Part shown: in pieces, positions 9,050 to 17,820 of the stretch
How the letters are laid out: every line of letters starts with the position of its first letter
How positions within the stretch are numbered: the first letter of the stretch is position 1
From: Candidatus Calditenuis fumarioli
GTDB lineage: Archaea > Thermoproteota > Nitrososphaeria_A > Caldarchaeales > Calditenuaceae
NCBI GenBank assembly: GCA_030059665.1
Contig: JANVYR010000002.1
Location: 448,001-512,000, forward strand
DNA length: 64,000 nucleotides
Direction: 5' to 3'
Notes under the pieces: model-generated
Told to the model about the DNA's origin: nothing
The model's database searches: none
Seen by the model: the letters and a program-made list of their open reading frames with translations, nothing else
Position numbers and translations under genes: made by a program

Positions 9050-11035
9050 GACCACCACGTAGCCTGACAGCGCGTGAGGCCCCCAAGTTCCCGGGATCGC
9101 GTTTGATACTGGAACTATTATTCTAATTTTTCCGTCGGCTGTGGCAGCGATGCTCGGTTGTGTCATCATCGGGCCTCCCACAATCACCTTCTTTAGTTCC
9201 GCTCCGGTGTCAGCGTCGTATATGCGGAGGGTGCCATCGTTGAACGTCGCGAAGACTAATCCATTCGAGACCGATAGTCCTCCTCTATACGGTACGTCTG
9301 GCACGAAGGTGTTCCACACGATCCTCCCGGTGTTCACGTCTATGGCATAGATCGTTGTGTTCGTGGGTTGCGATGGGAGCGTCTCAAAGCTAATTCCCCA
9401 TCCCGCAGGCCACGCTGTTCCTGGGCCGACGTTCTGTATAGCGAATGCTGCGGGCATGTTGTAAACTGCTACGAATAACCTGTTTCGTTGGGGATCGTAC
9501 GCAGGATCGCTCTCCAGCGCGCCAGTTGCAGGCGGGTTCTGATAGAAAGGTTTGTGATTCTTAATGTATTCGTACTCCTGTCCAGTGGTCCACTCTCCCT
9601 GCCATCTCCAGTTCATGTCTTTCGGGTCGAGCGGGTTCTGCCACTTCACGTACTTCGACCACTTTATCCCATACCTTGGATCACCTCCGTACTTCGCCGG
9701 CTCCATAGCCTTGAACACCCATAGTAGGTGACCGTCGTCGGGATCTAGCGCGAAAACCAGCCCGCTCTTGCACCCTTTGATCACAGCATCACGTCTCTGT
9801 CCGCCTATCATGGCGTTCTTGACCAGCAAGACGCTCCACGCGCAGTCCCAGTCCCAAAGATCGTGAGGCAACGATTGAACTCCCCATATCAGTTTTCCAG
9901 TCTCGACGTCCAGCGCTAAAATGGAATCGCTCCACAAGTTCGGGCCTGGCCTGAACGTTGCGTTCCAGTCTGGAGCGGGTTGATTAGTTCCCACGTACGC
10001 TATTCCCCTGTCCTCGTCCACAGCGTAAGCTCCTCCCCAACCCGCACCGGCTCCAGCATAGCTGACCTTCTCGTTCGGATACCGCTGAACGAACCTAGCA
10101 AATCCCCAGTCGTCGTAGAGGAGCTGTCTCTTCTGGTCAGGTGGTAGGGTCTTGAGGTTGATCAGCTGATCGCGGGCACCGTCGAATATCCATGCTCCTT
10201 TCATCTGGTCAACCAACTTCAAAGTCCACTCAGGGTCACTGCCGTCCTGGGGTGGGACCGTGAAAGTCCTCCAGATGATCTGGGGATTGCCGCGTCCCTC
10301 AAGCCACGGCTTCAAGTCCACGCCAACGAAGAAGCCACGACCTGCGCCCTGGTCCTCGGGCGTAGAAACACCGATTATCATAATCTTCCTCTTGGTATCA
10401 ACTACAAAGCTCGGAGTGGAGATGTCGTATACACCTCTGTTCCCAGGCACGTTGGCTAAGTAGTCGACAGTGAATATGGGCCACCGTAGCTTTATGTCAC
10501 CCGTGAGAGGATCGATGACAACGAGATAGTAGTAGTTCGTAATTATGAAGAGGTAAGGTCTGCCGTCGAGTTCGTAGATGTGTATCTGATGGAAGTGCCC
10601 CTTGAAGAACGGCTCCCACAGCGGCGGTTTACCAGCGGCCATCTGATCGACGAATTCCTTCGGTGGAGGAAGGTCCTTGAACCAGAGAGTCTTTCCAGAC
10701 GCTAGGTCCAACGCGTAAACCCTGTGCCAGTTCGTGACGAAGTACACCACTCCTTTGTAAACAAGCGGTGTGTGTATGACTCCCTCGGACCCAGCGAAGA
10801 ACGGATCACCCAGCGATGCGGGCGGTACCGGAAATACCCACTTCACCTCCAAGAACTTCACGTTCTCCTTGTCGATCTGAGTCTGCGGGCTCCAGTTCCA
10901 GTTCCCAGGGACTCCGTTGTACCTCGCCCAGTCCAGTGCCTGCTGCTGCGCCAAGGCCACCGAAGAGGTGATCAGCATAGCCAGCACGGAGACGACGGCC
11001 AGGCTCAATCCGAGCAGCCCCGATTTCCTTTCCAT
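8804..11035 (-). CDS. PQQ-type beta-propeller dehydrogenase-like surface protein, paralog 3
   Basis: Same motifs as paralog 2 (RPGPNLWSDS, PHDLWDWDC); C-terminus identical to paralog 1. Confidence 0.88.
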   Translation of the reverse strand: MERKSGLLGLSLAVVSVLAMLITSSVALAQQQALDWARYNGVPGNWNWSPQTQIDKENVKFLEVKWVFPVPPASLGDPFFAGSEGVIHTPLVYKGVVYFVTNWHRVYALDLASGKTLWFKDLPPPKEFVDQMAAGKPPLWEPFFKGHFHQIHIYELDGRPYLFIITNYYYLVVIDPLTGDIKLRWPIFTVDYLANVPGNRGVYDISTPSFVVDTKRKIMIIGVSTPEDQGAGRGFFVGVDLKPWLEGRGNPQIIWRTFTVPPQDGSDPEWTLKLVDQMKGAWIFDGARDQLINLKTLPPDQKRQLLYDDWGFARFVQRYPNEKVSYAGAGAGWGGAYAVDEDRGIAYVGTNQPAPDWNATFRPGPNLWSDSILALDVETGKLIWGVQSLPHDLWDWDCAWSVLLVKNAMIGGQRRDAVIKGCKSGLVFALDPDDGHLLWVFKAMEPAKYGGDPRYGIKWSKYVKWQNPLDPKDMNWRWQGEWTTGQEYEYIKNHKPFYQNPPATGALESDPAYDPQRNRLFVAVYNMPAAFAIQNVGPGTAWPAGWGISFETLPSQPTNTTIYAIDVNTGRIVWNTFVPDVPYRGGLSVSNGLVFATFNDGTLRIYDADTGAELKKVIVGGPMMTQPSIAATADGKIRIIVPVSNAIPGTWGPHALSGYVVVLGLPDVIAERTVVQERTVVQTQVRTQVQTVVQTAVATQVVTQVQTQVREVEVIPAWVYAVAGVAVVAVIAAATIAARGRRR

Positions 11036-11155
11036 AGCGTAGAGGTGAAGTAAGAGGTCAATAGATAAGGATTTCCGATGGGAACTTAAATGGAATGTAG
11101 TGAACGTAGGGGTCCGCTGCCGCGGGCATCAAAGGACTTTAGATCTGCAGGGAAC

Positions 11156-12253
11156 TCATTTCCTAACCAGCGAGCACAGGGCCGGGTCGATCCTCACGCA
11201 TACCCTGGACCCCGTGGCGACGTTCACCCTAGATGGGAGTGAAACCCTGAGGATCACGCCGCTCACTTCCACCGAAAGCTCCCACCTGTCGCCGAGGAAC
11301 TTCTTCTCGCGCACCGTCCCGGCGAACGCGTTGGTGGTGCCGCTACAAGTTCCCGTGAGGTCCAGGTCGACAGACTCCGACCGAAAGACCACATAGACCT
11401 TTCCGTGGTCCAACGTCGGATCGCGAGATTCAACGACTATCTTGCCGATCCGCGTATCAACCGTGCCGTCGGGAAGCAGCTCACCCTCCAGCACGTTCGC
11501 AGAGCCCAGGAATTCGGCCCCGAACTTGGTCCTGGGCCTGAAGTAGGTCTGGACCGGATCTCCCACCTCGAGCAGCTCACCCTCGCTCATCAGACCTATG
11601 CGGTCCGACATCACGAAGGCCTCCAGCTGGTCGTGGGTCACGTAGACTGTGGCGATGTTCATCGATCTCAGGAGGTGCCTCAACTCGTCCCTCAGCTCCT
11701 CTCTGACCTTGGCGTCCAAGTTGCTGAGCGGTTCATCGAGCAACAGCACCTTAGGTTCCGAGACGATGGCCCTTGCGAGCGCCACCCTCTGTTGCTGTCC
11801 ACCGCTGAGCCTTGTGGCAGGCCTGTCCTCCAGCCCGTCTAGCTTGACCAGCGACAGAGCCCATCTCACCCTCCTCACCAGCTCGTCCTTAGGCACCCCC
11901 TTTGCCCGGAGGGGATACGCCACGTTCTCGAAGACGCTCATGTGGGGCCAGACGGAGTAGTTCTGGAAGACCATGCCTATCCCCCTTTTCTCAGGCGAAA
12001 CGGAGATCGATCTCGTTTTCGAGAAGACCGTTACGCCTCCGATCTCTACCTCGCCCTCGTCTGGGTCCTCGAGTCCCGCTATGCACCTCAGCGTGGTCGT
12101 CTTCCCGCATCCACTGGGCCCGAGCAGCGTGAAGACCTCACCCTCCCGTACTTCGAAGTCCATTTCCCTGATGGCTTCAACCACCTGAACCAGTCTCCCC
12201 GACTTGACCCTGAAAGTCTTCCTGAGACCCTGGACCCTCAGGGCTACACACAT
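11156..12253 (-). CDS. ABC transporter ATP-binding subunit (Fe3+/polyamine FbpC/PotA type), no adjacent permease
   Basis: GPSGCGKT, LSGGQQQ, LLDEP motifs and a TOBE-like tail. Confidence 0.92.
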   Translation of the reverse strand: MCVALRVQGLRKTFRVKSGRLVQVVEAIREMDFEVREGEVFTLLGPSGCGKTTTLRCIAGLEDPDEGEVEIGGVTVFSKTRSISVSPEKRGIGMVFQNYSVWPHMSVFENVAYPLRAKGVPKDELVRRVRWALSLVKLDGLEDRPATRLSGGQQQRVALARAIVSEPKVLLLDEPLSNLDAKVREELRDELRHLLRSMNIATVYVTHDQLEAFVMSDRIGLMSEGELLEVGDPVQTYFRPRTKFGAEFLGSANVLEGELLPDGTVDTRIGKIVVESRDPTLDHGKVYVVFRSESVDLDLTGTCSGTTNAFAGTVREKKFLGDRWELSVEVSGVILRVSLPSRVNVATGSRVCVRIDPALCSLVRK

Positions 12254-12378
12254 GGCGCACCATCACCGCGCAGGATTCCCGGCCCTAAAATCTGTTCGCC
12301 GGTCGTCTCTTGATTTTCGGGACTACAGAGCTGTTAATCGCGAATATTTAAATAGGGATGAGCGCCTTTGCGTGCGAG

Positions 12379-13254
12379 ATGGCACCAGACCGCATGGCTG
12401 GGATCGCACGGACCCTCTTGGTCGGAATAGTCGTGGCGGTCATCGTGGTGGCAGCGGCCGGTTACATTTTAGCTGCGCGAACGCCACCTTCAGGTCCTGC
12501 AACGACCGTCACCCGCTCTCCAACCCAACAGACCACTACGTTTGCCACCCAGCCTGGAACCGTCACTGAAGTCACTAGAACTCGGACCGAGACTACCGTG
12601 ACGACCACCACAACGGTCCAGACTTCGCCCGCCGTGACGACGACCCAGACTACGCCAGCCGCCAATCTGCCCACAGAGCAGCAGCTAAGGACCTTCTTCA
12701 ACAACTACGTAGCTGACGTCCAGCGTCGGGACGTGTTGGCTATCATCGACAAGTACAGTCAGGACGCTGTGGCTTACTGGACTGGACAGGCTGCGGGTCT
12801 GAAGGGGACATACAAGGGACAGGGAAACATCAGGATACTGTACATAGCTGCACTGGGAACGGCGAAGACCATCACGCTTAAGGAGGAAAGCTTCACCACG
12901 AGGTATGAGGGCGACGTTGCCGTGATAGAAAGCGTTCAAGCGATCAGCGGCAATTCTGATGTGCTGGGCAACTTCGATGGACGTGTGAAGATCACGCTGA
13001 AGGTGAAGCTGCTGGGCGGTCAGCTTAAGATAGTTGAGGAGACTTGGGATTACCTGACCTTCAATTACGAGAAGACCGGGGGAGCCACCACGTTCCCGCA
13101 GTGGGCCGACATCAAGGCTGGCAGGCCGGTGGCGCTGGAGCCGACGAAGGACTTCAAGGACCTAGTCTGGGCGGTCAGCAGCTTCTTCGCCTATGGGCTC
13201 TTCGCCTTCGCCGCGGTTACAGCGGTCATCGCCATCAGAAGGTTCGTTCGGTAA
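12379..13254 (+). CDS. Membrane-anchored Thr-rich protein with NTF2/SnoaL-like domain
   Basis: N-terminal TM, long Thr-rich linker, helix-strand pattern typical of NTF2-like folds (AIIDKYSQDAV...YKGQGNI...KIVEETW), C-terminal TM. TTTAAATA at about 12346 supports start 12379. Confidence 0.65.
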   Translation: MAPDRMAGIARTLLVGIVVAVIVVAAAGYILAARTPPSGPATTVTRSPTQQTTTFATQPGTVTEVTRTRTETTVTTTTTVQTSPAVTTTQTTPAANLPTEQQLRTFFNNYVADVQRRDVLAIIDKYSQDAVAYWTGQAAGLKGTYKGQGNIRILYIAALGTAKTITLKEESFTTRYEGDVAVIESVQAISGNSDVLGNFDGRVKITLKVKLLGGQLKIVEETWDYLTFNYEKTGGATTFPQWADIKAGRPVALEPTKDFKDLVWAVSSFFAYGLFAFAAVTAVIAIRRFVR

Positions 13255-13265
13255 GGGTGTGTTTC

Positions 13266-13778
13266 ATGGACGTACTGAAGATCTCTAAAATCTACTTCGC
13301 TCTTGGATTGCTAAACGGAGTTTTGGCTGCGGTGGCCACAGCCCTCATCCTGATACCTGAGCTGCGTCTGGCCGCTGGACCTGGCTCGATACTGACCCAT
13401 AACGTGGACGTCTGGCCCGGCGCCTGGGGTTGGGTATCGTACTTCGTGCTGCTGATCGCTGGCGTGGGTGGAGCTTTCCTTTGGTCGCTGAGCTACTACC
13501 TCCTCAGGCAGCTGTTCAACGTCGAGGGCGCCAACGCGCTCCTGTCGATCCTGTCCATGGCCCTTTACGAGATAGGGGTTCTGGGAACCGTCGGTCTCAC
13601 GGGCTACGTCGGGATCGAGGGAGGGAGGTTCGTGGCTGACGGCGGCTCCGCGATGGTGGTCACAGCGCTGATAGGGTGGGTCGTGATTCCCACCGGGCTC
13701 TCCGTAGGCGCCGCGGTGCTCGGCACCCTCCTCGGCATATTGAACCTGATAGCATCGGTTGTGCGCAGGAGACGATGA
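13266..13778 (+). CDS. Uncharacterised 4-TM membrane protein (WPGAW motif)
   Basis: ATG 13266 in the open frame; hydrophobic helices; paralog of the next gene. Confidence 0.7.
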   Translation: MDVLKISKIYFALGLLNGVLAAVATALILIPELRLAAGPGSILTHNVDVWPGAWGWVSYFVLLIAGVGGAFLWSLSYYLLRQLFNVEGANALLSILSMALYEIGVLGTVGLTGYVGIEGGRFVADGGSAMVVTALIGWVVIPTGLSVGAAVLGTLLGILNLIASVVRRRR

Positions 13779-14290
13779 ATAAGCGGGGGTCTACACTCAT
13801 TGACCCACTCGTAGCTTCCAAGTACTTCCTGATCAACACGCTGATTAACGTGATTGCCTCAGCCCTAGTTGCAGCACCGGTCCTCGTAGCACCGCTCGCG
13901 CTACCGTTGAAACTCACCGTCTGGCCCGGGACCTGGATGTTCGTGGCCTATGCAGTCTTCGTAGGGTTCGGGACCATTGGGGCCCTCTGCTGGTCAGTCA
14001 TCTATTACCTGGCGAAGGTCGTGCTGGGAGTCAGCGCGCTTCGCAGGCGGCTGGTCGTCACGCACCTGCTGACGCACAACGCAGCAGCTTACGGTATAGG
14101 AGCGCTCATGGGATATGCTGTCGGGTACGTGGGCGGAACGGCTGCGATGCTCGGGTTCGGCCAGGCGGTGATAACGGCATTAGTCAGCTGGGCCGTGATC
14201 CCCATAGGTCTCATGGTCTTCATAGGGCTTCTGTCGGCGCTGCTCGGCGTATTCGCGTTGGTGGACGGAGCAGGGAGGTCTGAGGGTTGA
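13775..14290 (+). CDS. Uncharacterised 4-TM membrane protein (WPGTW motif)
   Basis: ATGA overlap with the previous stop; shares WPGxW, YYL and WxVIPxGL motifs with it. Confidence 0.7.
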   Translation: MNKRGSTLIDPLVASKYFLINTLINVIASALVAAPVLVAPLALPLKLTVWPGTWMFVAYAVFVGFGTIGALCWSVIYYLAKVVLGVSALRRRLVVTHLLTHNAAAYGIGALMGYAVGYVGGTAAMLGFGQAVITALVSWAVIPIGLMVFIGLLSALLGVFALVDGAGRSEG

Positions 14291-15747
14291 ACTTCAGGCT
14301 CAGCAGGAGGAGGTTCCTGACCGTCACTCTCTCCGCCGCTGCGACGGCGGCTCTTGGGATTTACTTCTTGACCAGCAACAGGAGCGGTAAGGGCTCCGAG
14401 AGGAGATCTGTTAGGGACCTGCTCGCGTCGCTGGGCAGGAGCGACCTCAATCCGCGCTACCTGGCCTTCCTGGAATGGTTGGCGGAGGTCTCTCCCCCCA
14501 TAGCGGGCTCGAGAACTTACGTGGCCTTGATGGCGGAGAGCACAGGGCTCGCCCTTCAGAGGATAGAGCGGGACTTCTACTACGCCTCAGGCGTGGACTC
14601 CAAACTGGACGTTTCCCCTTATCCGGTCCACGTGACGAAGACCCTCTCCGCGCTGAGCGTTGGAACTGCAATCCACGACCTGGTGGCAGTCGAGTCCTTC
14701 GATCTGGCCCTTTACAGACCCTACCTGACCGAGGTGGGAGGCCTTCCTGAGAGGTACAAGGATTACACCTACGATGGGTTCAGACTCGACGATTTCATCG
14801 GACCCTCCCTCGAACTGGTATGCTACTACCCTCCAGTTGGACCCAGGGAGAACAGGGTGCCGGTCCTCCTTCCCCTCAGCGCACCCACCATGATCCGCTT
14901 CTACAGGGCAGACCTCTACGAGAGGCTCGGAAGACCTCCCGGGAGGACATGGGACGAGCACCTCGAGGACCTCAGGGACCTCCACAACCCGACAGGCGGG
15001 ACCTTCGCGACGGCCATGCAGTTGGGGAGCGATGTCGGTGCCGTGACCGAGTTCAACAACCTGGTGTTCAGCTACGGCGGCAGGCTCTTCGAGGTCGGTG
15101 AAAGGGAGGTCGTACCAGTCATGGACAGCTCCGAGGTGGTCGAGGCCCTAGAGGTGTACTCGCGGATGAGGCCCTTCGCCGACCCGGCCTCGATATCGTA
15201 CGACTGGGACGCAGTCGCGAACGCGATGAGGAGGGGAAGGATAGCGACCGCCATCCTTTGGCAGGACTTCGCGTGGATGATGGACGACCCCGAGAGGTCG
15301 ACGGTGGTAGGCAAGGTGAGATACCTGAGGAACCCCGCGGGCCCCTCGGGAAGCTTCCATCAGTTCGTCGGCGACGGTCTGGGACTCACCAGGAACTCCA
15401 GGAACCGACTGGCCGCCTGGCTATGGCTCCAGTGGGCTACGGAGGTCGGCACCAGGATCGAGCTGATGCTGGATAAAAGGTCGCTCTCCATCCCCGTCAG
15501 AAGATCCGCCTTCGACGACGATTCCGTAAAGGCTAACATCGGACGGCGCGAATACGAGTCCGTTAAGGTGGTGAAGGAGGTGCTGGACTCGGGCGAGGTC
15601 GCCTACGTGCCTCCCACGATCAAGGCTAACCAGGTGATGTTCGTTTTGGCGAGGCACATCCGTAGCGCTTGGGCTGGCAGAGACCCCAGAACTGTGGCGA
15701 AGGAAATGAAGGAGGAGGTCGAGGCCCTTGGGCCGTTCACTTACTAG
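14287..15747 (+). CDS. Tat-exported sugar-type ABC substrate-binding protein (family 1)
   Basis: SRRRFL twin-arginine signal; YRADL, TWDE and AAWLWLQW motifs typical of SBP family 1. Confidence 0.85.
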   Translation: MNFRLSRRRFLTVTLSAAATAALGIYFLTSNRSGKGSERRSVRDLLASLGRSDLNPRYLAFLEWLAEVSPPIAGSRTYVALMAESTGLALQRIERDFYYASGVDSKLDVSPYPVHVTKTLSALSVGTAIHDLVAVESFDLALYRPYLTEVGGLPERYKDYTYDGFRLDDFIGPSLELVCYYPPVGPRENRVPVLLPLSAPTMIRFYRADLYERLGRPPGRTWDEHLEDLRDLHNPTGGTFATAMQLGSDVGAVTEFNNLVFSYGGRLFEVGEREVVPVMDSSEVVEALEVYSRMRPFADPASISYDWDAVANAMRRGRIATAILWQDFAWMMDDPERSTVVGKVRYLRNPAGPSGSFHQFVGDGLGLTRNSRNRLAAWLWLQWATEVGTRIELMLDKRSLSIPVRRSAFDDDSVKANIGRREYESVKVVKEVLDSGEVAYVPPTIKANQVMFVLARHIRSAWAGRDPRTVAKEMKEEVEALGPFTY

Positions 15748-16357
15748 ACTAACAGTCTTCCTTTTGGTCCCAGTCCTCGTCGCTGCAGGATCTAACGAGA
15801 TAGTTAACACGGTTAAGATTCAACTGGTGGACGCCATAGGGAGGAGCGAGTACTCGCTCACCGTCGAGATGCCGGATGAGGTACGTAGGGGCTCCCCCAT
15901 CAACCTGACCTTCACGCTGGTTCTGGAAAAGCTACCTCCGTTGAAGCACTATTCAGGCTACATATCCCTCACGTTCACGCTCATCTCGCCTGACGGCAGG
16001 ACGCTCGCCAGGCGCACCGTGACCACCAGGGATGATGCGTACAAGGTGGATTACGTCTATCCCGGCTACAGATGGGGGCCGTTCACGACGTCCATCATGC
16101 CAGATTATTCGATAGCCGCATCTGACTCAATAAGAGTCGTGGTGACGTTGGAGTCCGAGGAGTACGCGGAGGACCCACTCGGCATCCCAGTCATACCCAC
16201 CAGACCGACCCCGGCCGTGGTGGAGATCGGCACCGTGAGGGTCTCAAGCGACCACTGGTCCTACGTGACTCCACTGCTGCTCCTTTCAGTGGCGTTGCTC
16301 CTCGTATCTTGGACGGCTTTCCTTCTAAGGAGGAGATACAGGAAACTTCGCGCGTGA
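15728..16357 (+). CDS. Secreted or membrane-anchored hypothetical protein
   Basis: Signal peptide, beta-rich body, C-terminal TM and basic tail. Confidence 0.65.
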   Translation: MGRSLTRLTVFLLVPVLVAAGSNEIVNTVKIQLVDAIGRSEYSLTVEMPDEVRRGSPINLTFTLVLEKLPPLKHYSGYISLTFTLISPDGRTLARRTVTTRDDAYKVDYVYPGYRWGPFTTSIMPDYSIAASDSIRVVVTLESEEYAEDPLGIPVIPTRPTPAVVEIGTVRVSSDHWSYVTPLLLLSVALLLVSWTAFLLRRRYRKLRA

Positions 16358-17820
16358 TGGACCTCATAGTAGAGGGCAAACGCCGCAGCGGTTAACGACA
16401 GTCCGGATCCGATGAGGAAGAACGTGTCCATCCCCTTAACGAACGATGAGATGTCTATCTCACCTCCAAGCAGGAACTTCTCGTATCCTATACTCAGATC
16501 CATCACCATCGAAGCGAACACCAGGCTGAGGGTCTGCCCGATGTGTCTCATGAAGCCCAGGAGACCGTTGACCTGTGCCCTCACCTCAGGTTGCACGGAC
16601 TCGAGTGCAGTGTTAGTGTTGGGTGCAGCGAACGTGCCTATCCCCATTCCGAGGAGCACCAATGAGACGGCTATGAACAGAATGGACGTATCAGCCGATC
16701 CGAAGGACAGCATCAGAAGCGATGTTCCGCTGACGAACAGCCCAAAGGTCATGACCTGAACGTGTCCGTACCTGTCGGATATCAGTCCGCCCAGAGGGGA
16801 GATCACGAGCACCGTGAGCGGAAGGACTGCGATGGTCATCCCTGTCTCGATGGGGTCCATCCCCTTGACAACGGTCAGGTAGAAGCTCAGAAGCACCCAT
16901 GTGGCGTGATGGGCCGTGTAAAGCAACAGGATCGAGACGCATGCGGATCGCAACCTGGTGTTGACCTTCAACAGCCTCAGGGGGATGACCTGATCGCTCT
17001 CACTCTTCCACTCGCTGAGGAGCGTCAGAGTCGTGAGGGCGGCACCCGCCAGCACGGGCACCCATGCGGGGAAGCTGACGTAGAAAAAGGGACGCGTGTA
17101 GAGACCGAAGAACCTGACCTCCTCCAGTAACAGCTCGATGGTGCCCTTGGTCATCGTCCACATGCTCACGCCGCCTATGAGCGCGAGCAGCCCGAAAAAG
17201 AGGAGGACTGCCCTGAACCAGTTCAAGCGCCCCGATGAACGAACGGGCCTGTTGCTCCTCGGGACCAGTACGACCGTGAGCGTTGCCGATGCCACGCATA
17301 TCGGGATGTTCACAAAGAACACGTCCCGCCAGCCCACCACGCTCGTCAGGGTCAGGATGACGCCCCCTAGAAGAGGACCCATGAGGAGGGCGAAGTAGAG
17401 GACTGCTATGTGGACGCCCATCGCCAGACCCCTGCCTTCCCCGAACAGATCGGAGATCAGCGCCCTGCTGTTGGCCAGCACGAAGGCCGCCCCCACCCCT
17501 TGTACCAACCTCGCGAACAGCAGCTCGTAAATGGTCTGGGAGCTGCCCGAGAGGAACGCTCCCAAGGCGAAGACGAGCAGCCCGAACGCGAAGAACTCCC
17601 GCCTTCCTAACCTGTCCGACAACGCCCCGAAGGTGGGCATGAAGACCGAGATCACCAGCAGGTAGATTATCGGAACCCACGTGGCTACGGTTATGTGGGC
17701 GTGGAGGTCCCTGCTGAGGGCAGGCAGTATAGCTGCCACAAGACCGGTGTCCAGCGGTGGCGGCAGGGTGCCGAGATTAACCGCCGTCGCCGCCAGCCAC
17801 CTTCTGACCTCTCCTCGCAA
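16261..17820 (-). CDS. MFS transporter, DHA2 (EmrB/QacA) family
   Basis: About 14 TM helices; GALSDRLGRR motif A. Confidence 0.9.
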   Translation of the reverse strand: MRGEVRRWLAATAVNLGTLPPPLDTGLVAAILPALSRDLHAHITVATWVPIIYLLVISVFMPTFGALSDRLGRREFFAFGLLVFALGAFLSGSSQTIYELLFARLVQGVGAAFVLANSRALISDLFGEGRGLAMGVHIAVLYFALLMGPLLGGVILTLTSVVGWRDVFFVNIPICVASATLTVVLVPRSNRPVRSSGRLNWFRAVLLFFGLLALIGGVSMWTMTKGTIELLLEEVRFFGLYTRPFFYVSFPAWVPVLAGAALTTLTLLSEWKSESDQVIPLRLLKVNTRLRSACVSILLLYTAHHATWVLLSFYLTVVKGMDPIETGMTIAVLPLTVLVISPLGGLISDRYGHVQVMTFGLFVSGTSLLMLSFGSADTSILFIAVSLVLLGMGIGTFAAPNTNTALESVQPEVRAQVNGLLGFMRHIGQTLSLVFASMVMDLSIGYEKFLLGGEIDISSFVKGMDTFFLIGSGLSLTAAAFALYYEVHHARSFLYLLLRRKAVQDTRSNATERSSSGVT

